DNA of 38,580 bases. It comes from Chitinophagales bacterium (lineage in GTDB: Bacteria > Bacteroidota > Bacteroidia > Chitinophagales > Chitinophagaceae). A program made the position numbers and the translations under genes. The stretch spans positions 1 through 38,580 of the forward strand of contig JBBQQP010000001.1 of the NCBI GenBank assembly GCA_038215675.1, read 5' to 3'. Positions 10,500 through 19,997 of the stretch are shown here, one piece after another. Numbering within the stretch: the stretch's first letter is position 1; every line of letters starts with the position of its first letter. The notes beneath the pieces were generated by a model. The model worked only from the letters and a program-made list of their open reading frames with translations, searched no databases and had not been told where the DNA came from.

Positions 10500-11705
10500 T
10501 TAATGCTCACTCAGTATATCGTGCCCCATCTTATCCCTTTTGGTAGTCAGGTATTTTTCATTGTGTATGTTGGGTTTTATTTCAATTGGAACTGTTTCTA
10601 CCACCTCAAGACCGTAGCCCATTAAGCCAGCCCTTTTCTTGGGATTATTGCTCATCAGCTTCATCTTGCTAATACCCAGGTGCCGAATAATTTGCGCCCC
10701 TACCCCATAATCTCTTTCATCCATTCCAAAGCCCAATTCAAGGTTGGCTTCTACCGTATCCCGCCCCTGCTCCTGCAATTTGTAGGCTTTCAATTTATTG
10801 AGTAATCCTATTCCCCTTCCTTCCTGGTTCATATATAATACCAACCCTTTACCAGCTTGCTCCACCATTTTTAATGCCTTGTGCAACTGGTCGCCGCAAT
10901 CACAACGCAGCGAACCTAAGATATCCCCGGTCATACAACTGCTGTGTACCCTTACCAAAACCGGTTCATCTTTTTCCCATTCGCCCTTTTTAATGGCCAG
11001 ATGAATTTCGCCGGTATTGATTTGTTTAAAAGCAATCAATTCAAAATCACCGTATTTAGTAGGCATGTGTACCCGTTCTTCTTCCTTAATCAGCGTTTCT
11101 TTTGATAGGCGATAAGCGATCAAATCTTTAATGGAAACCAGTTTCAGATCAAATCTTTTAGCAATTTCTTCCAACTGGGGCAATCGTGCCATGCTGCCAT
11201 CCTCATTCATAATTTCAACCAACACACCGGCAGGTTCAAAACCGGCAAGTCTTGCAAGGTCGATGGTAGCTTCTGTGTGGCCGGTTCTTCTAAGTACGCC
11301 GCCCTTTTTGGCTCTAAGTGGAAAAATATGACCCGGGCGACCAAGTTCTTCCGCTTTTGTAGCAGGATCAACCAGTGCCAGCACCGTTTTTGCACGGTCA
11401 TGGGCAGAAATACCCGTGGTGCAACCGTGACCCAATAAATCAACACTTACCGTAAAAGGAGTAGCATGCAGGGAGGTATTATCCGATACCATGGCCGGTA
11501 ATCTTAGCGCATCACACCTTTCTTCAGAGATCGGCACGCAGATCAGTCCCCGGCCATGCGTACTCATAAAATTGATTATTTCCGGAGTTACCGTTTGCGC
11601 CGCTGCAATAAAATCGCCTTCATTTTCACGATCCTCGTCATCCACTACAATTACAAGCTTGCCATTCTTAATATCTTCAATGGCACTTTCTATACTATCT
11701 AGCAT
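10500..11705 (-). CDS. ribBA: Bifunctional 3,4-dihydroxy-2-butanone-4-phosphate synthase / GTP cyclohydrolase II
   Basis: [26 protein letters not shown] and GHTEA in the N-terminal half. [28 protein letters not shown] and MSNNP.K in the C-terminal half. Confidence 0.97.
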   Translation of the reverse strand: MLDSIESAIEDIKNGKLVIVVDDEDRENEGDFIAAAQTVTPEIINFMSTHGRGLICVPISEERCDALRLPAMVSDNTSLHATPFTVSVDLLGHGCTTGISAHDRAKTVLALVDPATKAEELGRPGHIFPLRAKKGGVLRRTGHTEATIDLARLAGFEPAGVLVEIMNEDGSMARLPQLEEIAKRFDLKLVSIKDLIAYRLSKETLIKEEERVHMPTKYGDFELIAFKQINTGEIHLAIKKGEWEKDEPVLVRVHSSCMTGDILGSLRCDCGDQLHKALKMVEQAGKGLVLYMNQEGRGIGLLNKLKAYKLQEQGRDTVEANLELGFGMDERDYGVGAQIIRHLGISKMKLMSNNPKKRAGLMGYGLEVVETVPIEIKPNIHNEKYLTTKRDKMGHDILSEH

Positions 11706-11722
11706 TTTTAAATTTTAGGATG

Positions 11723-11730
11723 CAAAGTTA
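11723..11730 (-). promoter_or_regulatory. -7 promoter box for ribBA
   Basis: TAACTTTG on the minus strand, 17 nt upstream of the start codon. Confidence 0.6.
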
Positions 11731-12141
11731 ACAAGGTTTAGGCTTTCATTTCCCCGACATTGGAAATTGGAGATAATACATAGGTAACGATAATTTAAAA
11801 TGAAGACTAAGCAGCCTTTACGTTTCGTGGCTTGCCTTTTTAAAATGTTAATCAATTTAACTTCTTTAGGCATTTATTTAGTTTCTTTGCCGCAAAATCA
11901 AAAGAGTTCAATTGAAAAAGATTAGATTTCTGCTTCAATGGTGTCTTTTTAAAACAGTTAAATAAATAAATTTTTATTTTAAAGCAAGATTTTAATCCAA
12001 ACAAACTATTGCATAAAAAAAGTATATGTTAATTTATATAATTTATTTTGCATTTGATTTTCACTTTATTTCAATACTTACACCAGTTTATTAATAAATA
12101 ATCAACCAGATAATATAAAAAAAGAAATTCAGCAAATTTTT

Positions 12142-12217
12142 AAAAGGCTTACTAATTTGTTGATAATTACCGGCTCAATCAGAACAATTATAAAGCAACT
12201 TTGCGCAAAATTTAAAA
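12142..12217 (+). promoter_or_regulatory. Conserved upstream module, copy 1 (promoter and candidate operator of TonB-dependent receptor 1)
   Basis: AAAAGGCTTA..AATTTG..GGCTCAATCAGAACAATTATA..CAACTTTGCGCAAAATTTAAAA, repeated at 15621-15697. Confidence 0.7.
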
Positions 12218-12223
12218 CAAGTT

Positions 12224-15200
12224 ATGAGACCAAAATTTCACACGCTTACAGCAATATTTGTATTGCTCAGTTTCCTGGGAAATGCCCAGGTTACTACCAG
12301 TAGAATTACAGGAACAGTAAAAGATAATTCAAACAAGCCGCTCGATGGGGCTACTATCAAAGTAACAAACGTGCCAACTGGTACTGTTAAAATTACTACC
12401 AGCCGTAAGGAAGGAAGATTTGATGTACCCAATCTTGACGCAGGCGGCCCTTACACTGTTGAAGTATCGTTTATAGGCCAAACAATTACTACAAAAACAG
12501 ATATTTACCTCCAACTGGGCAATACTGAAAATTTGGATTTTGTTGCAGTTGGCAAGTCGACTGAATTACAAAACGTGGTTGTAACATCTGCCAGATCCAG
12601 CAGAACAATTAAAAGTGGTACCTCTTCCAACTTCAACCAGCGGATTATTTCTGCCATTCCAAATATTAGCAGAAATATTTCAAATATTACTACTTTAACT
12701 CCGCAAGCAGGTGGTGGCAATAGTTTTGGCGGTAGAGACGGCCGTTACAATAACATACAGATAGATGGTGCCAATTTGAATAACAACTTTGGCTTATCCT
12801 CTAGTTTATTGCCAGGTGGTGCTATTCAACCCATTTCATTGGATGCAATTGATGAAATATCGATCAATGTGAGTCCATTCGATGTTCGCCAGGGTAACTT
12901 TACTGGCGCTGGTATCAGTGCTACTACCAGAAGAGGTACTAACACTTTACAAGGTAGTGTGTACGGGTTTTATCGCAATCAATCCTACCAGGGAAAAAAG
13001 GCAGTAGGCCAAAAAATTCCAACGCTGGTTAAAGCATCTTCAAAAATTGTAGGTGCCCGCATTGGTGGTGCAATCATTAAAAACAAATTGTTTTTCTTTG
13101 TGAGTGCTGAACAGGAGGACCGTGACGCTCCAGGTATCGTTTGGAAAGCTACCCGCCCGGGAGCAACAGCTGATGCCAACACTTCAAGAACATTCGCTAC
13201 TGATTTAGATGCGGTAAGTAATTTCCTAAGAACAAATTATGGTTACGAAACAGGCCCTTACGAGGATTTAGGAAATTTCCAGACTGCTAATAAAAAGATT
13301 TTAGGTCGTTTAGACTGGAATATTAATTCAAAACACACGGCTTCCTTTAAATACAATTATTCGAAAACGGATGACGACCAATTGTTAAATGGAACGAGTG
13401 CTCCCAATCCAAGATCAGCAAGTAACAGGTGGAGTCCAAATAGTATGAGTTATGAAAATTCAAACTATGCAAATACCAATCAATTAAGTACGTATGCGTT
13501 TGAATTAAAAAGCAATTTTAATAGAAGGTTATCCAACCAGTTTATTGCAACTTACACCAATGCAAATGATCCAAAAAGAAGCACTAATTCTTCGATTTTT
13601 CCTTTTATAGATATTAAAAAAGGGGGCGATTCTTATATCAGTGCCGGGTATGAACTTTTCTCTTTTGGAAATAATGTGCAAAACAACACGTTAACCATTA
13701 ATGAGAATTTAACCTACAGTACCGGAAAACATGTAATCACCGCAGGTGTTAGCTACGAAAAAATTTATGTAAAAAATCAATTTTTACGGTATGGCACCAG
13801 TTATTATCGCTACGATTCACTGAATCAGTTTTTAAACAACCAGGCTCCTTCTGCATTTGCATTAACCTATCCATACGCAGGCCAGAAGCCGTTTGTGGAA
13901 CTTGATTTTGCACAGTTCAGTTTATATGGTCAGGACGAAATACAGGTAACAGATCGTTTTAAATTAACTGCCGGGTTACGCATTGACCGCCCGGTTTTCG
14001 TAAATAGTTTAACAGCCAATGCTTCAGTAAGTGCATTGACATTTGGTGATCTTGAAGGCAAACCACTGAAACTTGATGTTGGCGGATGGCCGAAAGAAAG
14101 ATATTATTTTAGCCCAAGATTGGGCTTTAACTGGGATGTTGAAGGTGATAAAAATCTCATTCTTCGTGGAGGTTTAGGTGTGTTTACCGGAAGATTTCCC
14201 TTTGTTTGGTTTACCAACCAGCCAAGCAATAGTGGTGTAATCCAAAATACAGTTGAGTTAACTACTGGTTTAGCCAATTACAGGTTTGATGCAGATCCAA
14301 ATAAATACTTGGGTAATTTTCCATCTGCTCCAGGTCTTGTAGCACCAGGTTCAATTGCAGTGGTAGATAAAAACTTTAAGATGCCACAGGTATTCAGGGT
14401 GAGTGCAGCGGTGGATAAGAAATTAGCCAATGACTGGACTTTAACCATTGAAGGTATTTACAACAAAGACATCAATGCGCTGTTGCAATACAATGCCAAC
14501 CAAAAAGCTCCGGTTGGGGTTACTACAGGTGGAGACGCCAGACCTTTATTTGGTAACACAAATGCTTTAAGAAGATTCAATGTTGGGACTGCAGAGGCGA
14601 TGGTATTAACGAATACAAAGAAAGGTGGTGCAGGTATCGTAACCGTTCAGGTTTCAAAAAGATTTAATAAAAACTGGGATTTAAGTGTTGCCTACACACA
14701 TACTGAATCATTTGATTTGAGTGGCAATCCTGGTTCTCAGGCTTCCAGTGCCTGGAGCAATATTCCAAGCGTAAGAGGAAATAACAACCTTGATCTGGCT
14801 TACAGTGATTTTGGTACGCCAAATCGTTTATTAGCCTATGCTACCTACAAAGTAAGTTGGGCTAAATATTTGGCTACCAGCTTCTCATTGGTTTATACCG
14901 GTTATGAGCAAGGTCGTTTTGGATATCGCTATTCAAACGACTACAACCAGGATGGTGTTACAAGTGACCTGATTTATGTTCCAAGAAATGCATCTGAAAT
15001 TACCTTCGTTCAAAATGGCGCATTTACACCGAAACAACAAAGTGATGCTTTCTTTGCCTATGTAGCACAGGATAAATACCTTTCTAAAAAACAAGGACAA
15101 ACTGTTGATAGAAATGGTGCAAAATTCCCTTGGTTCAGCAACCTTGATTTGAGAATCTTACAGGATATCTTACCGCTTTCCAAACACAGGAATTATGGTT

Positions 15201-15442
15201 TGCAGATAAGCCTGGATGTAGAAAATTTCACCAATATGTTGAATAACGATTGGGGTGTTTCAAAAAGGTTGACTTACAACAATGGTGCAATATTACAAAC
15301 TGTCGCTGCTCCTACGGCCATCACTGCTGCAACTTACCGTATGCAGCTCGTGTCAGGTGCTTTGCCGGTTAGTACTTTTACAAGTAATGTTACCGCTTTT
15401 GATACATACAGAATGAACTTAGGTTTAAGATTGACTTTCTAA
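12224..15442 (+). CDS. TonB-dependent receptor, Oar-like, with N-terminal carboxypeptidase-regulatory-like domain (paralog 1)
   Basis: 1072 aa with a signal peptide, GGPYTVEVSF, LQNVVVT (TonB-box-like), the plug motifs NNIQIDGA.NN.FG and PISLDAI..PFDVRQG.FTG, SPRLGFNWD, DYNQDG..DLIYVP and C-terminal LGLRLTF. Confidence 0.9.
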   Translation: MRPKFHTLTAIFVLLSFLGNAQVTTSRITGTVKDNSNKPLDGATIKVTNVPTGTVKITTSRKEGRFDVPNLDAGGPYTVEVSFIGQTITTKTDIYLQLGNTENLDFVAVGKSTELQNVVVTSARSSRTIKSGTSSNFNQRIISAIPNISRNISNITTLTPQAGGGNSFGGRDGRYNNIQIDGANLNNNFGLSSSLLPGGAIQPISLDAIDEISINVSPFDVRQGNFTGAGISATTRRGTNTLQGSVYGFYRNQSYQGKKAVGQKIPTLVKASSKIVGARIGGAIIKNKLFFFVSAEQEDRDAPGIVWKATRPGATADANTSRTFATDLDAVSNFLRTNYGYETGPYEDLGNFQTANKKILGRLDWNINSKHTASFKYNYSKTDDDQLLNGTSAPNPRSASNRWSPNSMSYENSNYANTNQLSTYAFELKSNFNRRLSNQFIATYTNANDPKRSTNSSIFPFIDIKKGGDSYISAGYELFSFGNNVQNNTLTINENLTYSTGKHVITAGVSYEKIYVKNQFLRYGTSYYRYDSLNQFLNNQAPSAFALTYPYAGQKPFVELDFAQFSLYGQDEIQVTDRFKLTAGLRIDRPVFVNSLTANASVSALTFGDLEGKPLKLDVGGWPKERYYFSPRLGFNWDVEGDKNLILRGGLGVFTGRFPFVWFTNQPSNSGVIQNTVELTTGLANYRFDADPNKYLGNFPSAPGLVAPGSIAVVDKNFKMPQVFRVSAAVDKKLANDWTLTIEGIYNKDINALLQYNANQKAPVGVTTGGDARPLFGNTNALRRFNVGTAEAMVLTNTKKGGAGIVTVQVSKRFNKNWDLSVAYTHTESFDLSGNPGSQASSAWSNIPSVRGNNNLDLAYSDFGTPNRLLAYATYKVSWAKYLATSFSLVYTGYEQGRFGYRYSNDYNQDGVTSDLIYVPRNASEITFVQNGAFTPKQQSDAFFAYVAQDKYLSKKQGQTVDRNGAKFPWFSNLDLRILQDILPLSKHRNYGLQISLDVENFTNMLNNDWGVSKRLTYNNGAILQTVAAPTAITAATYRMQLVSGALPVSTFTSNVTAFDTYRMNLGLRLTF

Positions 15443-15482
15443 AGGAAGGTTTTAGGTTTAAATTATAGGATTACATATTTCG

Positions 15483-15532
15483 ATTGCATAAAGAAACGCT
15501 ATGAGTAAAATCATAGCGTTTTTTTATGCAAT
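15483..15532 (+). terminator. Rho-independent terminator between the two receptors
   Basis: ATTGCATAAAGAAACGCTATGA-gtaaaa-TCATAGCGTTTTTTTATGCAAT, a 22-bp stem with one G.U pair and an embedded T-tract. Confidence 0.85.
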
Positions 15533-15620
15533 TTATGTTTGATGAAATTTCAATTATCGTAACTATTATTTCATTAAAAATTAAGGTTTTCCGTAAAAAA
15601 ATAGCAGTTCACAAATTGAT

Positions 15621-15697
15621 AAAAGGCTTAACAATTTGATGTTATCCATTGGCTCAATTAGAACCATTATACTAACAACTTTGCGCAAAATTTAAAA
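15621..15697 (+). promoter_or_regulatory. Conserved upstream module, copy 2 (receptor 2)
   Basis: AAAAGGCTTA..AATTTG..GGCTCAATTAGAACCATTATA..CAACTTTGCGCAAAATTTAAAA. The last 22 nt are identical to copy 1. Confidence 0.7.
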
Positions 15698-15710
15698 AAC
15701 AGCAAGATTT

Positions 15711-18700
15711 ATGAGAACAAAAATTAATGTCCTAACCGCAATATTTTTATTGCTCGGTTTCCTGGTAAAAGCCCAGGAGACTACGTCAGAAATACAAGGG
15801 TTTGTATCTGACTCAAAAGATGCGCCGTTAGCGGCTGCTACCATTATTGCAGTTCATACACCCACCGAAACAAAATATATTACCACTAGCAGAAGAGATG
15901 GCCTGTACAACTTACCAAATTTACGCATTGGTGGTCCTTACACCGTTTCCGTTAGCTCGGTAGGTTACAAAGATCAAAAACAGGATAATATCTCCCTTTT
16001 GTTAGGACAAGAATTTAAAGCAGATTTTAAATTACAGCAAAGCGCAGCAACCCTTACCGAAGTAGTAATAACCGGTACTGCGCAAGGCAAGGTTTTTAAC
16101 AGTAACCGCACTGGTAGCCAGGAAACCATCAGCCGAAATCAGATTGAAAGGCTACCAACAATCAGCCGGTCTTTTAGTGATTTTACAAAACTTACACCTT
16201 CCGCAAACGGACAAAGTTTTGGTGGTGTCAGCGGTTCATATAACAATCTTACGGTAGATGGTGCAAATTTTAATAATGCTTTTGGATTGGCTGCCGGACT
16301 TGGTGGTCAAACAAATTCACAACCAATCAGTATAGATGCCGTTGAGCAGATACAGGTTAATATTTCTCCCTATGATGTACGCCAGGGAAGCTTTACAGGA
16401 GCTGGTATTAATAGTGTAACAAGAAGTGGTACCAATAAATTCAAAGGTTCTGTTTATAATTTTACACGTTCTGAAAATACCCAGGGGTATAAAGTGAATG
16501 CTGCCAAAGCGGTAAAAACACCGATCGATTACAACCAGTTTGGTGCTTCTGTTGGCGGCCCTATTATTAAAGACAAAGTTTTCTTTTTTGGAAGTTATGA
16601 GCAGGAGAAAATAAGCCTGCCAGGCACGCCTACTTTCAGGGCTGCAAAGCCTGGCGAAGTGAGTGATAACGTAAGTATTTCACAAGCTACTACTACCGAC
16701 CTTGATGCCTTGAAATCTTTTTTAATTAGCAAGTTTAATTACGACCCAGGTCAATACGATAATTATAAGTACAGAACAGAAAGTAAAAAAGCAACAGTAC
16801 GTTTAGACTGGAATATCAACAGTAAAAATACATTCACTGTAAAATACAATTACTTAAAATCATTAAGGGACGTAGCTGCGAGTAACAGTGGTGCCCAGGG
16901 ATCACGCCAACCGAGCAGCACGGGAATGCCTTTTAGTGGTAATGGCTACACCATCAATAATAATTTCAATATTTTTATCGCAGAACTAAATACTCGCTTA
17001 AGTAACAGGGCAAGTAATAAACTACAGGTTGGTTATACTGCTTTAAGAGATTTTAGAACAAGCCAGGGTGGTGGTAAAGATTTTCCATTGGTAGATATAT
17101 TGAATGGCCAGGGACAAACGCTTACTTCTTTTGGATACGAGCCCTTTACTTACAACAATAAATTAAATTCAGATATTTTTCAATTTTCAGACATATTTAC
17201 AATGTACAAAGGGTCGCATGAAATTACTGTAGGAACCCAAAATTTTGTAAAGAAATTTGAGAATGGTTTTGCTCCAAATTACAACGGCCTTTTTCGTTTT
17301 AATACCCTGGCAGATTTTTATGCTGCTGCCAATAATCCTTTTGTATCTTCAGCCCAGCCGGGCACGCAAACAGCTACATTGCGCCGTCTTTCTTACGCTT
17401 CTACCAAAGATGGTAGTTTTCCCTTCGCTAAAATCGGAGCTGTTGAATTAGGATTTTTTGCACAGGATAAATGGCGCATCAAACCAAACTTTACGCTTAC
17501 CTACGGCCTTCGTGCAGACATACCTATTTTTGATAATCAATTTACTACCAACGACAGTTTAAAAGCATTGACATTTAGAAATGGTATTAAAGTAGATGTA
17601 GGACAAAAACCTCCGACAAATATTTTGTGGAGCCCTAGAGTAGGTTTTAACTGGGATGTTAATAACGATAAAGTAACACAGGTAAGAGGTGGATTTGGAA
17701 TATTCAGCGGACCGCCACCTTTTGTATGGATCAGTAACCAGGCTGGTAACAATGGCGTTCAATTTGGTTCTTTCTCTTTTGGTAATGGTACAACTACCGT
17801 TAACCAACCTTTTTCTCCGGATGTAAATGCATTCAGGCCGCAAGGGGGATTGTTATCTACCAGTTATAACGGTGCAGTAACAGACAAGGATTTTAGATAC
17901 CCGCAGAATTTTAAAGCCAGCCTTGCAGTTGATAGAAAATTACCTGGTAACTGGACGGTTACTGTTGAAGGAACCTATAATAAAGATATCAATGCGGTAT
18001 ATTTTCAAAATATAAATCTACCCGCATCAGGTAACACATTAGTAGGTGCTGATAACAGAATTCGTTATAGTACGGCCCAGATTTATGCAGGTAGTACACT
18101 TACCAATCCAAACATTAGTGATGCCATCTTAATGAAAAATTCAAATAAAGGCTACGGTTATTTTTTAACCTTACAGGCTCAAAAAACTTTGAAGAATTTT
18201 ACAGGAAGTGTTGCCTATACCTATAGTCAGGCAAAAACAATAAATGATGGTGGTTCTATTGCGCAAAGTAACTGGAGAGACAGGTCTGTGGAAGGTGATC
18301 CAAATGCAAACGATCTTAGTTATGCAAATTTCTATCAACCTCACCGAGTGATTGCTTATGGTACTTACAGGAAAGAATATGCTAAATATTTTGCTACTTC
18401 TATTGGACTTACTTTTGAAGCAGCGGCAAATAATACTGGTTCATACACCTACAATGGAGATGTAAACAATGATGGGTCCGGTGGTAACAATGACCTTATA
18501 TATATACCAAGAAATCAATCAGAAATAGTATTGGTTAAATCAAGTGTTACCGATCCAAGATCAACAGACCAGATTTGGAATCAACTCAATAATTTTATAA
18601 GTCAGGATGTTTACCTAAGTAAAAGAAGAGGAAGCTATGCAGAGCGCAATGGCGCTTTAGCTCCTTACTTCAAAAAACTAAATATTAATATAACACAGGA

Positions 18701-18983
18701 TTTCTTTTTTACAATGAAAGATAAAACCAGGCATACATTGCGTTTAACAATGGATATTTTTAATGTTGGTAATTTGCTTAACAAACAATGGGGTGTTACA
18801 AGGGTGTTTAATAACACGGCCCCTATTAGATTTGTAGGCATTAGTTCAGATGGTAAACCAGCCTTTACATTCCCTTATCTTGATAACACGAACCAGGTGC
18901 CGTTAGCTAACAGCTATAGAGATAACCTTGGGATTGATAGTCGCTGGCAAATGCAGTTAGGTGTACGTTACTTGTTTAATTAA
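15711..18983 (+). CDS. TonB-dependent receptor, Oar-like (paralog 2)
   Basis: 1090 aa with the same architecture: GGPYTVSVS, LTEVVIT, NNLTVDGANFNNAFG, PYDVRQGSFTG, SPRVGFNWD, DVNNDG..NDLIYIP and C-terminal LGVRYLFN. Confidence 0.9.
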   Translation: MRTKINVLTAIFLLLGFLVKAQETTSEIQGFVSDSKDAPLAAATIIAVHTPTETKYITTSRRDGLYNLPNLRIGGPYTVSVSSVGYKDQKQDNISLLLGQEFKADFKLQQSAATLTEVVITGTAQGKVFNSNRTGSQETISRNQIERLPTISRSFSDFTKLTPSANGQSFGGVSGSYNNLTVDGANFNNAFGLAAGLGGQTNSQPISIDAVEQIQVNISPYDVRQGSFTGAGINSVTRSGTNKFKGSVYNFTRSENTQGYKVNAAKAVKTPIDYNQFGASVGGPIIKDKVFFFGSYEQEKISLPGTPTFRAAKPGEVSDNVSISQATTTDLDALKSFLISKFNYDPGQYDNYKYRTESKKATVRLDWNINSKNTFTVKYNYLKSLRDVAASNSGAQGSRQPSSTGMPFSGNGYTINNNFNIFIAELNTRLSNRASNKLQVGYTALRDFRTSQGGGKDFPLVDILNGQGQTLTSFGYEPFTYNNKLNSDIFQFSDIFTMYKGSHEITVGTQNFVKKFENGFAPNYNGLFRFNTLADFYAAANNPFVSSAQPGTQTATLRRLSYASTKDGSFPFAKIGAVELGFFAQDKWRIKPNFTLTYGLRADIPIFDNQFTTNDSLKALTFRNGIKVDVGQKPPTNILWSPRVGFNWDVNNDKVTQVRGGFGIFSGPPPFVWISNQAGNNGVQFGSFSFGNGTTTVNQPFSPDVNAFRPQGGLLSTSYNGAVTDKDFRYPQNFKASLAVDRKLPGNWTVTVEGTYNKDINAVYFQNINLPASGNTLVGADNRIRYSTAQIYAGSTLTNPNISDAILMKNSNKGYGYFLTLQAQKTLKNFTGSVAYTYSQAKTINDGGSIAQSNWRDRSVEGDPNANDLSYANFYQPHRVIAYGTYRKEYAKYFATSIGLTFEAAANNTGSYTYNGDVNNDGSGGNNDLIYIPRNQSEIVLVKSSVTDPRSTDQIWNQLNNFISQDVYLSKRRGSYAERNGALAPYFKKLNINITQDFFFTMKDKTRHTLRLTMDIFNVGNLLNKQWGVTRVFNNTAPIRFVGISSDGKPAFTFPYLDNTNQVPLANSYRDNLGIDSRWQMQLGVRYLFN

Positions 18984-19009
18984 TCATCAAAAAATAAAAA
19001 AATAAAAAA

Positions 19010-19735
19010 ATGAAATCAATTATAAAAAATTCATTATTTACAATAGTTGCTGTAGTGGCTATTATAAGTTGCACCAAAAATAATGATGATATGAATGCGG
19101 CAGCTAATACTGCCAACACTGCTGCTGCAACATTTTCGTTAAACAACAGAATCCTGGCTGGCTTTGTAATAGACTCTACTTCTATTCCGAATCTACCGGT
19201 TGGTACATTACCTGGAGGCTATAATAAATTTAGAAAGCAGTTGACGTATGATACCATTTCCAGTGCCAATAAACCCAGATTATATAGTGTAGGCGATACG
19301 ATCATTGTACTTGCTTATGTAAAGGGTGATGATATTGCAATTGCTACCAGAAGCATCAACTTTAAGTTTTTTGCGGTACCAACATTTTTCACTGCAAGTG
19401 GCAACTGGATAAGGAATACCACCAATCCACCGCAGTCGCCCATACAATCCGCAGAAGATTCCATACGTGGATTTGCACCACGATCGATTGATGTGTTTAG
19501 CACTGTTAGCAGGCCTGTTATCACAGAGATAACAGATACACTTGTAAGGATAAAAAAAGTTGGAACAGAGCAAGTAAATGGTATTGGCAACACCACCTAC
19601 CTGGTGCAGTTGAATTATGTAATACCTGTTGCATTATCCGGTAAACTAACCTCTATTAATTTCGCGGTGGGCACAGGTAATTTAAGAAATGATCTTGGAA
19701 ATGTAAACTGGAATTACGCTTTTAGAGTGAGGTAA
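19010..19735 (+). CDS. Hypothetical lipoprotein, likely surface-exposed partner of receptor 2
   Basis: Lipobox IIS|C followed by TKNNDD and an Ala/Asn/Thr linker. It starts 26 nt after the receptor stop with no terminator in between and has a beta-rich mature part. Confidence 0.75.
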   Translation: MKSIIKNSLFTIVAVVAIISCTKNNDDMNAAANTANTAAATFSLNNRILAGFVIDSTSIPNLPVGTLPGGYNKFRKQLTYDTISSANKPRLYSVGDTIIVLAYVKGDDIAIATRSINFKFFAVPTFFTASGNWIRNTTNPPQSPIQSAEDSIRGFAPRSIDVFSTVSRPVITEITDTLVRIKKVGTEQVNGIGNTTYLVQLNYVIPVALSGKLTSINFAVGTGNLRNDLGNVNWNYAFRVR

Positions 19736-19794
19736 TTTCTAAGGGCTTAGAGTAAAGCTTTCTATTCCGTTATAAATCTGTATTTGCATTACCC

Positions 19795-19827
19795 AAAAAA
19801 GCCCCTCAATTTTGCAGGGGCTTTTTT
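19795..19827 (+). terminator. Rho-independent terminator
   Basis: AAAAAAGCCCCT-caattttgc-AGGGGCTTTTTT. Confidence 0.85.
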
Positions 19828-19844
19828 AATAATTACTTATTCTG

Positions 19845-19882
19845 TTAAAAAATGTCATGGCATTTTCCATGGCATTTTTTAA
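19845..19882. terminator. Second hairpin (tandem terminator or operator)
   Basis: TTAAAAAATGTCATGG-catttt-CCATGGCATTTTTTAA, with one G.U pair. Confidence 0.55.
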
Positions 19883-19997
19883 TGCACTTTATATTTTCAA
19901 AAAATTGAATTAAAAAATTCTTCTGAAAGATTGCGAGCCTCCATTACAATGCATTAGAGCAACTTTAATACATTGTGCCATCATAAAAACCTACCAT

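Noticed and set aside
10222-10625. Plus-strand 76-aa and 73-aa ORFs
   Set aside because: They overlap the palindromic element and the ribBA 3' end, and lack protein-like features.
11706-12140. FMN riboswitch upstream of ribBA
   Set aside because: No RFN consensus blocks are visible, and a -7 promoter box only 17 nt from the ATG leaves no room for one.
12224-19735. SusC/SusD polysaccharide utilisation locus
   Set aside because: The receptors are Oar-type rather than SusC-type, the lipoprotein is too small and not SusD-like, and there are no CAZymes or sensor-regulators.
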